Source of the DNA: Camelus ferus
Lineage: Eukaryota
DNA: 64,000 nucleotides
Direction of reading: 5' to 3'
Assembly: GCF_009834535.1 (NCBI RefSeq)
Contig: NC_045696.1
Span: 101,124,001 to 101,188,000 of the forward strand
Both the position numbers and the translations under genes were made by a program. This document shows, piece after piece, positions 1 to 13,526 of the stretch. Each line of letters opens with the position of its first letter. Positions within the stretch are counted from its first letter, which is position 1. The notes beneath the pieces are model-generated. The model was not told the origin of the DNA and did not search any database. It saw only the letters and a program-made list of their open reading frames with translations.

Positions 1-3000
1 ATTAGGATGATGTATTTCATTAAACCTGTGACAGGAGAAAGCGTCGATAAGGAAGATACAATCAGGGTCAAGGTTTCCAGAGACAGCAAGGGAAAAAGAG
101 ACTATAAACACGCTCTTCCATTTATCGTCAGGAACTCAGTAGTGTCCATACTCACTGAGAGCAGTTCTTAGTGTTTAGATAAGATTTCTGAAGTTACTGA
201 GGGGAAAAGACAACAGAGAAGAAAAAGAGAGAGAGAAAGAGGTAAGGGAATGGCTACAGGTATTGTAAATCTTAATTGAAAAGTTTGGAAAGGAGCAAAA
301 GTTGGATGATTGCCCAAAGGGGCAGAATATTCATATAAGTTCAATTTTGTTCTGTATTTCAAAAGAGATAAATTTTACATGTTTACAGACATAGGAAAAT
401 TGAGTATTGAAATGAAGATGGAACACGGTGGGACAAAGAGGAGTGGCTGAGATGTAAGAGCTCCACGAAAAAGTGAAAGGAAATGGGTTTCTGATCATGG
501 TGAAAGTTATAGTTTTCAAAATCATAATTATGTTTCTGCCTCTCTGCCCTAAAGGAAAAATAACAAGTTCTTTAACGTATCTTTACATCCCGAAGTGCGT
601 AAAAAGTGGCTAGGCAGACACTGGAGCTGTAGATGGTGAATAACAAGAGAAAATGTGATCCTTGGTCAGAGCTCATAGTATAGTTGCTTTATTTGTTAAG
701 GAAAGTTTATTCATGCTGCACTTAGATACACAGAGAAAAATGTCCTCTTTATTTCACTATAACTAATCCTTCTAGTTAGTACCTAACCTTCTGCTGAGGG
801 GTAGGGATGTTTTGGTGTTGAGGAAAACCAGATGGATTCTGATCTGATAATCTCAAGCCAGTTCAATAATTTGGATGATTTCTCTTGAAAGTTGGCATAT
901 GCCTAGATGGCTGTTTAAATGCACATTCTTTCAGAAGTATTCCTACTTCCACGTCTCCTCTTTAAGACGTTATCTGGCTATATGGAGGAACTGTGGGTAT
1001 GCATGGGGTATAACCACATGAAATTTAATGAGGGGAGCTACTGAGATCTGCTCATCTCTGCTGCTAATCTCTACTGAGGTGTGAGAAACTCATTCCAGAG
1101 ACTTTGGCTTCCACAGCTCAAATATGATGCTAATGCAACACATGGTCTATGTTCTTAATTTAGACTATGCTCCTGTTGACTCATCCATCTCCTTCTGCTG
1201 ACTGATTCCACTGATATTCCTATGTGCTCTGATTTTTCTCTAGCAGCTGGTCTAGGAAGCTCATCCTTCTGCTCTCATCTCTAGGGCATTTAATCCCTTC
1301 AACATCTGCTTCTGACATTCTCGAAAGCCAGCAGGCTAGGTTATAGCCGTACTACCTGCCCTGTTTACACGTACACACACGTGCGCACAGATAACACATA
1401 CACACACCAGGATCGTGAGGCAACCTACAGGCCATCTTCCCACAGTAGAGAGCCAGGGAGGTTAAGGAGAGTTAAATAGATTCCTATGTTCTTCCTATAC
1501 AAGTCAAATACTGCTTTAGTATGATCACATGCAAAGGGGACTTGTTAAAATCCCAAATAGAAGGTGAAATAAAAGATCCCTTAACCTTGACTGGTTGGGA
1601 ATCCCCCTAACATGACTCACTTCTCTGGAACTCTGGCCAGAAGTAGTAGTCAGAAAATGTAGTTCCACACAGATTTATTCCCACAAAACATTTTTAGGGA
1701 AATTGGGGGATTTTTCTCCCTTGTTCTCATAGGTCTGAGACGTAAGTGAAAAAAAAAATAGCTACAATAAAGTTCACTGACCTACCTTTAGATATATTAA
1801 AAGAGAATAACAAAGAAACTCTTGAAATTTTTGTCTATCAACTACATGGGCTTTTATCAAGTATTATCTAGTTAAAGTGGTAAAGAGTACCAGATTTGAG
1901 ACAAAACTGAACAACAGCTGACCTGTTCTTGGTGGTTCCTACCTTTTTTCTTCCTCAGGGCAATACATTTCACTGCTCTGACTTGGAAATAGAGAATTGA
2001 AAAAGACATTAAAAAGGATATTAAAAAATAACATTTCCAAACATCATATGCAGTCACCTCATTTGTAAGATTTTTATATGCAGTCACTTTACCTGTAAAA
2101 TTAAATTAATAATAGTGCTTACCTTAGGATACAGTAAAATTAGCTAGCATAGTACTTGCAGTTAATAAGAATAATAAACAAAGTAGAAAATAAGGCTATT
2201 TACTGAAAGCTGGTGGAAATGGAGGGGCTAGTTGATAAAATTGGAAATTACGGAATTATTCTTGAGGAAGATATTAAAGTATGAAAAAGCCATGAAAAAT
2301 AGGGTTGTTGTGTAACCTCAGGGAATCAGTTGGAATCTGACATCATGACAGCAGAGCATGGACCATGTTTTTATAATCCTTGTATCTCCTCCATATACTT
2401 TATGTATAAAAAAAACAAAGAAATAATTTGGTGGTACTGGCCTACATTCTGGAAACAGACCACAATCACTAGGGAAATTTAAGGATGGGGGACTGTAGGG
2501 TATTATTGGAAGAGGGCATAAAATTAACAGATTCTGGAGTAGGTGAGAGCACAAGTGAAGCCAGAAGGATTCTATGTCATATTTTAATCCAGCCCATATT
2601 GGGATTTGGGGAAATTGAGTACAACTGTTCTTTGTCACTAATTTAATTACATTTTATGGATTGTGGGGAGAATTGGGAATAAAAATGATGCAAGTCTCAA
2701 AATTCCGTGCAGGCTGCTGCTGTATTCTGAACCACAAGAACTGAATGAGAACTGTAGAACTGCACAGTGCATCTATGCTCTTAGCACTTTTCAGACGAGA
2801 ACACAGATCAGAAATTTCCTGTGTCCCCTGTGAACTCTTTTAGTGACTGTTGTCACTGATCATATATCAAGAATGTGTTGTGTGTACATAAGCATATTTA
2901 TAGAATAAACAGTCTTCAGAAATCAGCCCTCTCTCATGCTCTCTCTGGTTTAAAGATATGTTCATAATCGTAAGACAGTTTTTTTTTTCTTTCTTCTGTT

Positions 3001-4339
3001 GGTTTGTACATCACATAGATGTCAGGGAGGCAGCTATTTACTCACTCTGTATGTTTTATCTAGATTCTTAGTTTGTCAAATGTGCCCCTGTATCCTTTCT
3101 CTAAAGTCTCAGAGACGAATTAAAACTAAAAGAAAGACTTTCTCTTATTTAAGAACCATCTGCTGCTAAAGAAAAGAGGATATACCAGGCAACATTCTAC
3201 ACTTATAAAAGGCAAAATTATCTAACCACTTTAATAGGCATTTTGCTTGTGTAACAAAATCAAAGTTTTCATCACAGATTTCTATTTAAGCATTTGAGTC
3301 TATTTGGAGAATCAGCAACACCAAGCCTCCTTTTCCCAATATTTCAGGCTAAATTTTGAGATTCCTACCGAGCACTGCATTTAATGATGTTCTTTAGATG
3401 CTCCCAAAGTAAACTGTCTGTTCACGAAAAGAAAAAGCACTACTTGAATTACAGCTATAGAAATTTTTTTTCAGTAATTCCTTGTTACATAAGCACATTC
3501 TCTCCCGAATCCCTAATTTCAGAAACAGAAAGACATCTGATGATACTCATACAATGGAAACTGGTAATATGTGCTCTTTCTGTAATTAACACTCGACTTG
3601 AACTTAGAGCAGCTTTCCAATGAATGTATTTCAAAAACCTAGACAACCAAGGCTGCCAACAGAGATCCATTCTGCATCTCAAGGACTTAAAGAAAATCAC
3701 TCAGGGTTTTACTGGCAGCCAATAACTGTTAAATATCTGCAAATCCTACCTTCTGCCCCTTGTCCTTGGAATTTACATTTAAATGGTCAAATTCATAGCT
3801 CTGATATTCAAATCACAACAGCAACCCACATACATTTATTTCAGAACTTCAACTAACAGAGTGATGCAAGTATTTAGAATAGTTTTGATTATCTGATAAG
3901 GAAGTAACTGTGACACCTGAATAAAGGATAGAGAAAGTGGTGTGCAACGTCTGAAATCTGTAACGGTTAGGGAGAGGCATTGATGAGAATACTAGTAGAA
4001 ACATGGCTCTTTCTACTCCCAGAGCAAGGAAACCGGCAGAACAGAGAGATAGGCTTGAGGTGCAAAAAGATGGTAGGCTCTCTGTATACCTGATGAGTGG
4101 CACATACAAAAGGTAAAAGGAAAGATGAGTGGAAACTGGAACATTTTAATTTTTAACGTTAAGCCAATTAGTGTGAAAAAAAAATCAGGTATCTCCAAAA
4201 ATGTTTACTCACATGTTCAAAGAGAAATTATATGCAATTGATTTAAATATGACTGTGGTATTATAGATGTAGAAATTCTAAATGGCTCCTTCAATTTAGA
4301 GATAAAATCTAATTAGTTAAAGACAGAAGATACTCATAT

Positions 4340-4800
4340 TGCAGCTCTGTCTATACACTCAATCTCATCTCTCACTACTCTCCCCTCACACATCCCACTA
4401 CCATTTCTGAGTGACATGGAGATCCTTAAATAAATCGCATTTTCTAATACAAACCCGACTTTTGAATATGCTACTTCTGCTTGGAATGGTCTCCTTCCCT
4501 CTCTGACTCTCTTCCTCCAACCTGAATCTGCCTGGATAATTCATCCTTTTAAGCTCAGTCTTCAAGCACCGGTTTTAAAACTGTATCTTCCTTAAGACTG
4601 TTACTAATATGGTCCCTTTCTCTTGGGCTCCCACTATGTGTCACACACAATCTGTAATAGACATTGTCTCACCTTATCACTGATAGCTGCCTGCAATTTT
4701 GCAGCCCTGACCATGGCATCTTGAGATTAGAAACCGCCTTTCAATCTTTGTGTCTCCTAGCAAATATGCATTGAAAATACATTTGCTAAATGAATGAATG
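4340..4800 (+). mobile_element. LINE-2 3' end fragment
   Basis: Pyrimidine-rich body ending in an L2-type tail (tttgctaaatgaatgaatg); recognised from memory of the L2 consensus. Confidence 0.7.
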
Positions 4801-5512
4801 TGCTGTTCTGAGTAGTAAAACCTTTACTGAATAGAATTACTAAACTGAGGGGAAATGTTTCTTACCAAGATCCTTACAGAAGTGTTTTTCAATTACATTT
4901 TAAATCATCAAAAATGTGTGAGAAATTTGCTATATTTTACTATATATATTTCCATAAGGCTCTAGTCTCACGATGGGGGCAGCCGCTTTTATCCACTTCT
5001 CTCCCGGCCATGAGGCAAGCTGCTTTTGTCATGTATGTAGTGACTGAGACGATAAAGATGGATGGCTAAACACTGTAGCATATTTTTCCCATCTACCATA
5101 AATATGTATCCCCATTTCACTGCTGGAGACCACTAAGATTTAATGGCTAATTATGGTATTACAGACATCTTGGATTCAACTGCATTTACAAAACATACAA
5201 TTTTAGTCCACAGCCCAAATAATTAATGTTTAGTACAATGTAAATATTATAAGCAGGTTACTAAATAAATACGCTAACTTAAACATCATTTGTATATAGA
5301 TGATTTTTTAAAATTTTATACTGTGTTCAGGCAGAAAAAAGAACTGGTAAGTCTGGCCTCAGGGATATTTTTCTTTTTTATCTTTTCAAGACTTCCAGAA
5401 GAAAATAAGAAATAACCCAAATGGAAAAGCAAAATTTACTTCCATGTAAACTGTGGGGAGTCAAGTTTCAGTTTGTTCTTTCCATTTTAACATTCTATGG
5501 TCAGAATTTAAG

Positions 5513-5679
5513 ACTCTTGTTACTCAAAATTTAGTCTGAAGACCAGACGAATTATCATCACAAGGGAACTTGTTAGAAATATAGAACTACAAGACTCATC
5601 TCAGACCTACTCATTCAGAATCTGCATTTCAATAAGATCCCTAAGTGATTCCTCTGCACAGTAAAGTTTCAAAGGATGG
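5513..5679. mobile_element. MER5A1-like hAT-Charlie non-autonomous DNA transposon
   Basis: Blocks gggaacttgttagaaat, cagacctactcattcagaatctgcatttcaataagatccc and gtgattcc...taaagttt; followed by a tctaga target-like site. Confidence 0.8.
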
Positions 5680-8639
5680 TCTAGATTATCATTCTTCATA
5701 CCTGCTCGACTCTGCCTTCACCTTAAGGGGCATCTTTGTTATCCAAGTATTTTTTTTTTCCTCTCTGAAATAAAGCCAAAAGCACTAGACTAGAAATAAT
5801 GCCTGTTGCTAGGACTTATCTTTAAGTGTTTCTGTATATGTGAACATGCCTAAAAAATAAAAACCATACACATATGTAGACTTTTGTGTTAAATACATGA
5901 GCTTATATTATTGGATGCCTTGTCCCAGAAGTGAGAAAGAGAGTTTCTAGAGGCAGAGGGCTTACCTCACAGTTTCACCCACCCAACTGACAGTAATCAG
6001 GGAACACTAATGGAGGAAAAGAGAAATAAAGCATATAAAGCTTATTTCAGCATCCTACAATTCTCCTTAAATCACAAGTCCCCTTCTTTCTTCTGTCGGA
6101 GGATGGGGACCGCTTTCATCAGGAGCTCCCAGCACGGACATCAGGCAGCAAAGGCAGGAGATCTTTATGCAGCTCTCTAGACGAGGGCAGCTCCTCCCTT
6201 TCCAGAAGGGCACTGGAGTGTGTGGTTGTGGTTCTTATCGCCTGACACCAGATGTGCTCAGCTGTTTCACTCTCCACTTCACCTCAACCAATCAATTAAC
6301 CTTGCTCAAAATTTAAACCAACACTCAAAACATTCAACAAAGTGCTTATATTTCTATGCTTATGGCTTCTACTGATTTAGCCAATAGTCCTGAGAAGCTC
6401 TAAGACAAGTTTTATTCCCTTGAAATAGACTCAGAAAGAATTATTAGCATTTCCCCTGGCACAGTCATAAAACTTAGAGTGACTTCCTTACTATCTTCCT
6501 ATCTCCGTAGGCATCTATGTAAAATAAAGAGAATGTCGCACTGAGTACCCCAAATCTTCGGAGATTATGGCATGGAAGTTACACTCCTTACCCTTTAACA
6601 ATTATGCCATAATGTCACTTTCAAAAAGAACATTGAGTTGGATAATACATGAGTTATACAGAATAGCATTTCAAAGGGATCTTATAAATAGTATTTGCAA
6701 ATTGCCAAGTAAACTACAAACTGGATTTACACTCCTTATATTTTTTTGCATGTATAAATGTCTCTAACTTCATGAAACATACTTCAGAGGGAATCTCTCT
6801 CACAAATTTTCTCGAAGATTTACTTCTATTTTTTTAGTAACTATTGTTTTGTTCAACTCCACCCCCAAATAGAATAAATAAAATTAAAAATACAGTTTCG
6901 TAGTCTAAGAGTAAGCCTGGTACCTCCGCTATAAGCATCTGGGAATGTTGGGACACCTCAGTCCCAATGATGAACATTGTTTTCCCTCATCAATGTCATT
7001 ATGGACCAAAGAACACCTGCATCACTGTGGTGATTCTGCCATCAGCTGAATCAAACACTTAAAGAGATGTTTTAAGATATCATTTTCAAAGTGAATGATG
7101 CAAATGTAACATTTTCTTTTCAGTTGCTTAACTTACTGCAAAACCACTGCAGAATTTTGTTGCTCATAGGCATGTCAGCTTTTAAGACTGACTTACATCT
7201 ATTTTTAGCTTATTATGCATGCCTAAGAGCTGGAGAAGTTTTCAAAACTAATTCGTATTTGAGAAATCTGGTAGGTAAAGCATAATTTAAAAACTCTTCC
7301 TTGCTAGAGTGAATCTCTTCAAGCACTAGACTATAAAATTCTAGATTATATGGTCTATTTTCCAGATTTGAAACTTAAAAAAAAATTATTAGGAAGTTTG
7401 GTTGTCTTGGGTAATACCATAACAAGATATAGTAACCCCTCCTGTGTTATACATTTCAATGCTCAGGATAGTTTTCTGCTAGCCTAAGTATAATGTATCA
7501 TTACCCCAAGTCTCTACTTTCTCCAATTTATGTGCATTCTGGTGGTTGAATCAAGTTGATGAAATGCCTATTTTCTCAGAACATAACAAACATAAACCTT
7601 TCCAGGGCTGCAAATACATTTAAGATACTATATAAATCATCGCTTGTCAAAGATTAAGACTGCTTTAAGCTCACTCTCTGAAAACCCTTAAAGATTTTTT
7701 TTTAACAATCACTATTAAATAATGTATCTTGTTAATGAAGTTTAATCAGTTCTTAACAAATCAAGGCTATAAAATGGTCTAGGTAGAAACAGCTTTGCGG
7801 GGTAAGGCATGGAGTGGAATAGTAATGGCCTTTCTAACTCCCCTGCCCTATTTATAGTCCACAAAGATATGACCTTGAAAGATGAATTGAAATTGCTTTT
7901 ATTAAAGGTGTATAATTCATTTTAGTATTGTTCAGGAGCCATCCAATATTCTGGATGGAGTAACTGAGTCTATGTATACTCCAAAACTTAAACTTTAAGT
8001 AAAACGTGATCAATTGACTTTTTCTGTTGAGCATTGTCAGATTTGTTATATTTTGTCTCCTTGTCTTATTTATTTTCTTTGGAAAAACAAACATGTATTA
8101 TTTAATATTTGAGGTATTCAACTAGATACCAAAAATTTGGCTGATTTGCTGTGAATTTACAGTGACTCAATCTCTTGCCTAGAGTATTTATCCTCACTGT
8201 TATATTAGCTGACTTAGCCAGGTGTATCATATACTTTACATGGTAAGGATAGAAGGGTATTAATATTATCATTCATTCATTTATTCTTCCAGAGGGCAAG
8301 AATTTTGCTGCTACTGTACATCAGAATTTCTTTGAAAGATCAATGTTCTCATTCCAGTGATGTCTATGGGGCAGGAGGCATAAAAACTTTGGATTATCCA
8401 TTATTTTTGGTGTATGTTTGGCAACAGCAGGATAGAAATTGGATGCCAAAACTCAGCTACTGAAATATTAATTGAAGACAGTATTTTATGTGTGCATAAA
8501 ACTATATTGTTTAGTTATCGTATGTATCAATATCTCATATATATATGTATCTGCTTCAGTTCAAACAGGCAACTGCCTCAGATGTATACAACTTAAGAAT
8601 CTGCATTTATTCTTGATTCATTCTTTCTTTCTGAATTAT

Positions 8640-8990
8640 TATAATGTCAATTTCACTTCACACTATTCTTTGACAGACCCTCTCATGGTCTTTTTCTAAC
8701 CTATTTCAGTGTCCTACTAAATACTCTCCACTAGTTTAGTTTATTTGCCTTCATCAAACAAATTTCCTCTCGCTTCCTCTTTCTTATTCTTACACACACA
8801 CACACACACACACAAACAAACCAAGGTAAAACATAAACATGGTCATACCAGTCTGCTACTTAAAAACCCTCAGTGATTCCTCATACTCCTATAAGCTGAA
8901 ATTCAAATACTGGAGCACATTCAAACTCATCCCAACAAACCTCTCCAGATGTATCTGTGGTTATTCTTCTGTCCTTCTCAACTCTCTACA
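8640..8990 (+). mobile_element. LINE-2 fragment
   Basis: cttaaaaaccctcagtgattcctcat...aaattcaaatact resembles the L2 3' region. Confidence 0.55.
8792..8814. repeat. (AC)11 microsatellite
   Basis: Seen directly in the sequence. Confidence 0.95.
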
Positions 8991-9169
8991 CATACATTTT
9001 CATTCTCTTTATGTTGTTCATCATAGACATGGGAGTATTAATGTTCTCTAATCCTTGTCTATTTGATGAATATCAAATGTATTTTAAGTTCTTTCCCTGG
9101 GGAGAAAAATTTTCCCTCAAGAAAATATTAAGAGATTTATTATTTCTTTTCCTACAAATAATTTATGGG

Positions 9170-10050
9170 TTAATTTATTCAACCCATCAATTATACATTC
9201 CCTAATTATTTATCACGTGACGTGCCTATAATGTGTCAGACACTACTGAGCTCTAGCAAAACCTCTACTATCACACAAAAGATACGATAACTCTGCCTTC
9301 CTGGAGCTTAGAGTAAAATAGAGAAGAGAGGCCATAGGAAAACTAGCAAACAAAAAATATATTATTGAAAATTACAGTAAATGCTATAAAGTAAAAGAGC
9401 AGGGCCAGAGAAATGAAGACGGGCAAGGGAAAATCCACTGTATTTGTTTATTTATTTGGTGGGGGGAGGGGCACAATTAGGTTTTTATTTATTTATTTTT
9501 AATGGAGGTTCTGGGGATTGAACCCAGGACCTTGTGTATGCTAAGCATGTACACTACCACTGAGCTCTACCCTCTTCCCTGAGAACCCACTTCAGACTGG
9601 GAAAGTTTAGGCTATTCCACGTTCATGCCACACAAGACAGGAATAAACCTAGTAAGAAAAGCCAGTTCAACTAGAGCAAGATTCCAAAAGGGAAGAATAT
9701 CTGAGATAAAGCTGGAGAAGATGCAGAATCTGAGGCAGTGAGTCCCAGCAGAGAGTGTTATATAGAGTCCACCTCAATGTTAAAGAGTCTCATTTGGAAG
9801 GTGGTGGAAAGACACCAAAGGTCAAGGAGAATAAGTAGATAACTTTAAAAAAAAAATCTGGTTGCTATGTGGAAAACAGGATGAATGGAAGCAAGAAGGC
9901 CAGCAGCCAGTCAGGAGAGAAATGCCGTTGTGTAGGACGCAGATAATGCTGGCTTTCGCAAAGCAGGTGGAAGGCAGTGGCGATAAAAAAAAAGGAGAGG
10001 GCAGGGACAAAGTGAAGCTTTCACTGAGCAATAAAAGTTTGCTGAATTAA
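9170..10050 (-). mobile_element. LINE-2 fragment interrupted by a SINE
   Basis: Reverse L2 3' end (atttattcaac...gtgcctataatgtgtcagacact...ctgccttcctggagcttagagt) that continues after the SINE (tctggttgctatgtggaaaacaggat). Confidence 0.7.
9440..9580 (-). mobile_element. tRNA-derived SINE, camelid Vic-1 type
   Basis: Reverse complement has an A box (tagagctcagtggt), a B box (gggttcaatcc), then an aataaataaaaacctaattg-C-rich tail. Degenerate TSD gaaaatccact (9429-9439) / gagaacccact (9581-9591). Clearly homologous to 16139-16300. Confidence 0.9.
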
Positions 10051-11441
10051 ACTGAATGCAGAGACTAGTAAATAGATTTATTAAATACAAAGATGAGGTG
10101 TAAAATAAGAAGGGCTTGCCAAGTTCATTTTAAATACTCTTGAGCTTCAGAGATGTGAAACAGAAAGTGGAAATACACAGGTGAGACCTCTTTGTTTCTT
10201 TTTGTGTTTGGACAAAAAGTCATGGAAACAAGCAGGGAAATCATGTATGTTTCAGCTTATGAGTTAGATTTACAGTATACCTTGTGCTGAGGAGACAAGG
10301 AGCCCTTACAAGCACTTGGGCCAGCCAGGAAGCACTCACTCAGACAAGTAGGGTGACACATCCCTACACTGAAAGGACTACATGTGTTGATTCAGTGACT
10401 TAAATCAGTACAAAACTTCAGACCCCAGCTACAGATAGAAGAAGATAAATTGTCCAATGGAGAGGATTACAGAAAGTCTTTTTTTTTTTTTTTAAGCTTA
10501 TGTTTCTAATGGAGTTGCTCTAAGTATGCCAGAGAATGTGGGCAGATGCAGTTCTAAAACGTTCCCATGGAAGCCTGTATTTTTAGGTTGATATCAGATC
10601 AGATGTTATAACGAGTGTTACTTGGAAGAAACGTTGTTAAGTAAATAAACTTTACAGTCCCACTCTTTACTGTTAGACTACCTGAGGAAGTTCACCTACA
10701 AGTTCAGTCCCGAAGGTCAGCTTCTGCAATTTCAAAACTACTTGCTTTTTCTGGTTCACAATGTTATATACAAAAGGCATGTTCCTCCACATCATAAATC
10801 ACAGGAACTTCTCTTACCTTGGCTTCACTTCTGAAGCACGACTACCTATCTTGCTGATGTGTCTTCCAGTGACCCCCCCCCACCTAACCAAACCAGGTGA
10901 ATTTTTAAAATAACCATGGCCTATATTTTAATTTTATCATCTATATTTAGTTAAACTGAATCTGGGTCATTTAACCCTGATGCTGAAATAAATTTGATTG
11001 GTTGAGGAAAATTATTGCATGTGCTTTTTACAGTATGCCTAATCAACTGGAAATATTAATTTAAATATATTTTGTAGGATTGTATATTTTCTTATAAAAC
11101 ATGACTTTTCAATTATAAATTAACACTTTAGCCAGAAAAGCCATATAAATCTTAGTTGCTAAAAATAAAAATGCCTCTGCCCAAATAGCAGGTGCATAAT
11201 TATGAAAAAATTAAGAGACTATGAAGTATCATGACCAGTTCTATCTTGGACCACAGCTCCAAATGCCAAGTGTTACTGTCAACAATAAGCTGAGAGGCTC
11301 TCCCTCTTGATCAACAGACCTGCCAAGATTAGGGTTGGTTCACTCTTTCTAGACAGACAAGCTGATAAAATTTAGGGTGACATATCCAGATACGGAAGCC
11401 CTAAAGCAGCCGACTACTGTATTGCCTAGTTTGGAACTTAT

Positions 11442-11590
11442 CAGGCTCATTCCAAACATTTGCAGGCTGGGGCCAAGAGCATAAATGGAGGCCCACATAC
11501 CAGGGGCCTAAATAAACAGTTATAAGTCAAGCCAATGAACTAATTAATAATTATGCTCTATCCTCCTACCTTGATAAAATATATTGTCAT
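11442..11590 (+). mobile_element. Arthur1-like hAT-Tip100 DNA transposon terminus
   Basis: catttgcaggc...caagagcataaatggaggcccacatacca...ttataagtcaagc...ctatcctcctaccttga matches the remembered Arthur1 terminal region. Confidence 0.7.
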
Positions 11591-12048
11591 AATTTCAAAA
11601 TTTTTATTTTTATTTTCAGCTTTTACTCTTTTCTGAGTGTGTCCACTTTCATATTTTTTACTTCTCCCTAATTCTTGTACTTGTTCTTGTTCTCAATGAT
11701 TTATGGGATTAAACATAAAATGTAATTATATTCAAAGGGTAAAAACTTGGATATATCTTAATCAAAAAAGAATAGCATAGATAATTTAAAAATGAAAAAT
11801 TAAAATTATTGTCAATATTTAAGATATTTTCTTCTAAAATATTCAAAATTTTATTAATAGGCAATATAGTAATTATAATTGAGAAAATAAAAATTTAAAT
11901 TATTCACATAAAGTTGAATTTTATGTCATTATTAAGATTCAATCAAATATAATTAAATATCTTAGAAAGGTTATACTATCTATGATTTTAACATTCTTTG
12001 TATATCTAGTTACCAATATAAAAATTAGTAACATTCTACAGGTACATT

Positions 12049-12274
12049 CAGGGATTGCCAAACTTTTTATGTAAAGAACTAGATAGTAATTTTTTTTTTT
12101 TAATTTTATGGGCTATATTGTTCTGTTACAACCACTCAACTCTGTCAATGTAGATGAAAGTAACATATATAATATATAAATGAAGGGGTATGACCGTGTT
12201 ACCAAAGAAAAAGTTTTTCCAGAAACAGACAGCAGGCTGGATGTTGCCTGTGGGCTATGGCTTGCTGATCCCTG
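12049..12274 (+). mobile_element. MER58A hAT-Charlie DNA transposon, full length
   Basis: Terminal inverted repeats cagggattgccaaac ... gcttgctgatccctg; internal blocks (caaccactcaactctg, gcaggctggatgttgcctgtgggc); ~225 bp. Confidence 0.88.
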
Positions 12275-13513
12275 GTCTAGAATTACCTATACACAAATGT
12301 AAGATTAATTTGAATCATTTAATATTGGAACATCTCTCCAACCATCATATGCAATCATTGAAATGCTACAGTAATTCATGAATACTTCCACAACAACAAT
12401 TTGTTACATGAAGAGTTAAAAGAAGACAAATGGGAGAATCTGTTTCAATAATATTACTCAAATTAAAGATTTGACAGGGCAATTAATTTGACTTTTCTTT
12501 TATAAGCACTTATGTGGTTCAAATCCTTTCAATGTGTCCCTGATGTAGAGGTAGCAAACATTTATGGTATTAGGAAGCAAGCTGACTCTTGTCTGAGGAT
12601 ATATGCAGGAGAGGTGGCGTGTTTTCTTTGAACGGTGTCGGTCACAACAGCAACAATTTAGTGTTATTGGTAAAACTGTGCCAGCCCTATGAGCCAAATC
12701 CTGAGTGACCAAGGTTCCCAAGTGTTTGTTAAAACTTTGTTTTTGTGTATGTGTCCACATGCATTCTTCTTGTCTGCAAGTGGACTCAGCAGCAGTTAAC
12801 ATATTTCCAGAAAACAGCCTCATAGAACTTTGATAGTATCTAGGTTCTTCCACATGTTACCTGTGTGACCCTGAGAATGTTCCTTAGAATCAAAAGACTC
12901 TGAAAACAACTTAAATACCGCTTGTTCTGATTCAATGTACACAAAGGGCTTGCATTGGCCTGAAAAATAATAATTCAATACTTATTTGTTGAAACAGATA
13001 TCTCCACTCTCCAATCCATCATTTAAAAAGCTGACAGATTAGCTTTCTCCAAACACCGTGTTTTCATAATAGCAGAGTGGAGAAAATAAACCTGGGACCA
13101 TAAATGTAACAGAAATTCAGGCTCTTTCATCTGAAATGTGATCTAAAAACAAGTTATATGATATCATTGTGTGGCATTTTATGCACACTTCTCATACCAC
13201 TCTGGGCCTATATAGAGTTGCACTTCTACTGATGTCTGTGATTCAAACTGCATTCCAAAATATCATGCTCTCAGCTGCTATGGATAAAGAACCACAGAGA
13301 TAACCACCCAAGGGTAGGATAGCACATATGGAAGGAATGCCACAGCTATGGAAGTTTTCCATTAAATACCAAAATGTATGCAAAATCATTTAAAATTATT
13401 CATGAGATGAAACTAAGTTTAAGTAACAGACGTTGAAATGTGGTGGGTGTCCAGATTATAACTACCTTCCCTCCTGAATCTGAAATTACAAACAAGAGCG
13501 AGATCTCACTGCT

Positions 13514-13526
13514 GGTCATGGTGACC
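13514..13526. promoter_or_regulatory. Perfect consensus oestrogen response element (GGTCAnnnTGACC)
   Basis: Sequence GGTCAtggTGACC. The motif match is exact; function is untested. Confidence 0.35.

Noticed and set aside
4965..4985. CTCF-like motif (similar partial matches at ~6200, ~12610, ~40540, ~46085, ~61355)
   Set aside because: Each has mismatches at core positions and cannot be supported by eye.
12500..12853. 117-aa Cys-containing ORF
   Set aside because: Non-ATG start, no recognisable domain or splice context; length within the chance range.
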